A stretch of 64,000 nucleotides of DNA from Okamejei kenojei (taxonomy: Eukaryota): the NCBI GenBank assembly GCA_035221665.1, contig CM069164.1:18228001-18292000 (forward strand), in the 5' to 3' direction. Positions 61,899-64,000 of this stretch are shown here, piece after piece (the stretch's first letter is position 1; every line of letters begins with the position of its first letter). The notes under the pieces are model-generated. The model was given only the letters and a program-made list of their open reading frames with translations, did no database searches and was not told where the DNA came from. Position numbers and translations under genes: made by a program.

Positions 61899-64000
61899 CT
61901 TCAAGCCCAGGTAACTGCAAAACAAAGATATAGTCAAGTTAATTTAAAAATCAATTGGGCATTGAATATTAGACTTGAGCTGTCATGTTGCAACTGTATA
62001 AACATTGGTTGTCCCGCACTTAAGGGTATTGTGTACAGTTCTGGTTGTCACGCTACAAGAAGACAATATCAGTAATAGAGATCGTCAAAAACATTCCCTT
62101 GAATGAAAGACTGTAGTCATAAGGATAGATTGGATAGGCTAGATATACGAGAGGCATAGATAAGTATTTTTCCCTGGGCTGGTGTATCTCGAGCTAGAAG
62201 GTGAGAGGGAAAAAAAATGTAAAAGACATTGGAAGAGTGTTTTACATAAGAAGCTGCAAAGGGAAGGTAGTGGAGGCAGATACTACTGCAACATTTACAA
62301 GGCATATGTTAATGATGTCATTAGAGGTCAATGATTCTGGGACTTTGTTTTAAAATACGGATTTTGTTAACGCGAGCCTATTCTTAAATTTGTGGAAAAT
62401 GAAGTTAAAATAATCCTGGTTAAAACTGTTTAGTTTGTATATTTGAATAATTTACATTTTAGTAAAGAAATCTTTGAATTAATAATAGATGATACCGCAA
62501 AAGCAGGATGTTTTTGTTCCGGCAACCATGTGACCCATCTTTCCTCGCTGCCTCTTATCTAGAAGGCAAGGACCCTGTTCACAACAGCTGCACACACACA
62601 AAGTCAGCTTAAAATCAAAGCGGAGCTTTCAGCACAATCTTTCTTGCTGGTAAACAATTAATCTAGGCCAATCACAAGCTAATACAACAGTCCAGCAATA
62701 ACCATTACCAATTCTGAATTTGAAGCTTTAAGACAATCAATTGCTTTGTTTTAAATGTAATGTATTCCATTCCCAATTCATTTTTTTTATTGTTCTCGTC
62801 CAAATATCTTTGGTCAGATAAAATATGTTCTGATTATTTTTATTTCAATGTCCTTATCTATGAAAAATGTAAACCATATAGGAAGGTTACAATGCCACTT
62901 CTAAAACAGGAGAAATGCAAGTAAGCCTGCCTATTGAGTTTTCATTATATGGGTGTTTCCGTAAATACAGCACTCAGTCGCGAAAATGAAGTTCCCCAAA
63001 CCTCCAGGTTATTTTCCTGTTTTTTTTTAATGTCATAATCCCATTGTTTCACATCCTGTATAAGTACTATAGATAATGGTATATAGCCAAAATAATGAGT
63101 TGAAGCAAAAATAAATAAATCTGTTTCTACAAAGAAAAATAGCAGATAAGCCCTGTGCTTGCCTTATTTTGAGAATTTTTTCAAGCAGGATTTCATCAAA
63201 CCCTTAGGCTAATTTATACCAAAAAAAATCACATTAATTGTGCAATTAAATAACTCTATACAAGCCAAATTCTGATTATATTTATGATTTTTATCATTCA
63301 TCACCTGATTTTATGGTTTTCTGATGCTCAAAGATTTTGCAGCAAAACACGAGTAGCAATGCCCATTTGGCCACGTGTGAAAAGTGTGATTTAAAGGCAG
63401 TGTAACTGTTTTTATATTTAAGTTTCTTTTTAATTGTTTATATTCAGTGTTTAAGCTTTCCATTGAAATACTTAATAATGAATTTTTAAAAAATCATGAA
63501 ATAAAAATCTAGTTTGCTCACCTATTTTATCGAAATAATTCTGTTGCCCCTCCTGTTTTCTGACCTCGTCGATGATACAAAGATTTTTTTGCACTCGTTG
63601 CGATTAAAAAAGAAATTCAAACAACGCTTTTGTAATGACCCTGACCTGAAGTACGTGCCGACATTTTGCAAGGGAGCTTAGAAATCAGTATAAGAGACAG
63701 TATCCAAATGGTCACGTTGTGGGCACTCTGAGCTCTGAAGAACGTTGTGTTCACTTTTTTTTTGCTTGGCATCATTGGTTAGTAAAAACCTTTTTGCACT
63801 TTTTCGTTCTTTTCCTGCAAGTGCTGCTTCTAGTTTACTCTAGTTTACTATAGAAATGTTTAAATTATGTTAAACTTTCAGTGCTTGTTGTTATGGTGTT
63901 GTAAAGTGTGTGCACTATAATTAAGGGAATCGGGTTCCAGATAACGCCATGTATCGTTGAAAGTATGTTCCTGTCCACTCAGATGCTTTTGGTTCGGGGC

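Noticed and set aside
63190-63198. ATF4/CARE-like motif (TGATGAAAT on minus) upstream of CCPG1 coding exon 1
   Set aside because: A short AT-rich motif expected by chance; no conservation data.

Overview
Eukaryotic, repeat-rich vertebrate DNA. The repeat repertoire (HER1/CR1 LINEs, HE1-type tRNA SINEs, Penelope-derived short repeats) points to a cartilaginous fish, probably a skate or ray (inference). The main gene is a complete CCPG1 (ER-phagy receptor) on the minus strand: 9 coding exons from 61898 to 28369, all GT-AG and phase-consistent, 2589 nt, 862 aa, with the LIR, FIR1, FIR2, TM and C-terminal motifs recognisable. About 3 kb downstream, on the same strand, is the microprotein gene PIGBOS1 (24365-24586) with an NRF1 site. 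PIGB, which lies between these two genes in human, is not visible. CpG-rich blocks with strong minus-strand donors at ~2.7 and ~4.3 kb may be 5' exons of the next gene (RAB27A by human synteny; unproven). The most interesting signals are RNA-level. (1) Two TSD-flanked ~130-bp retroposons begin at or within 1 nt of a compact HDV/CPEB3-like ribozyme fold (5337-5390 +, 6253-6306 -). (2) The 3' end of an R2/Hero-like LINE contains the conserved hammerhead core nucleotides in a non-canonical, pseudoknotted strand order (19633-19698 -). (3) Many Penelope-derived repeats carry minimal type-I hammerhead cores, one inserted with a 14-bp TSD into a Tc1 transposase. All ribozyme calls are from manual pairing, not computation or assay.
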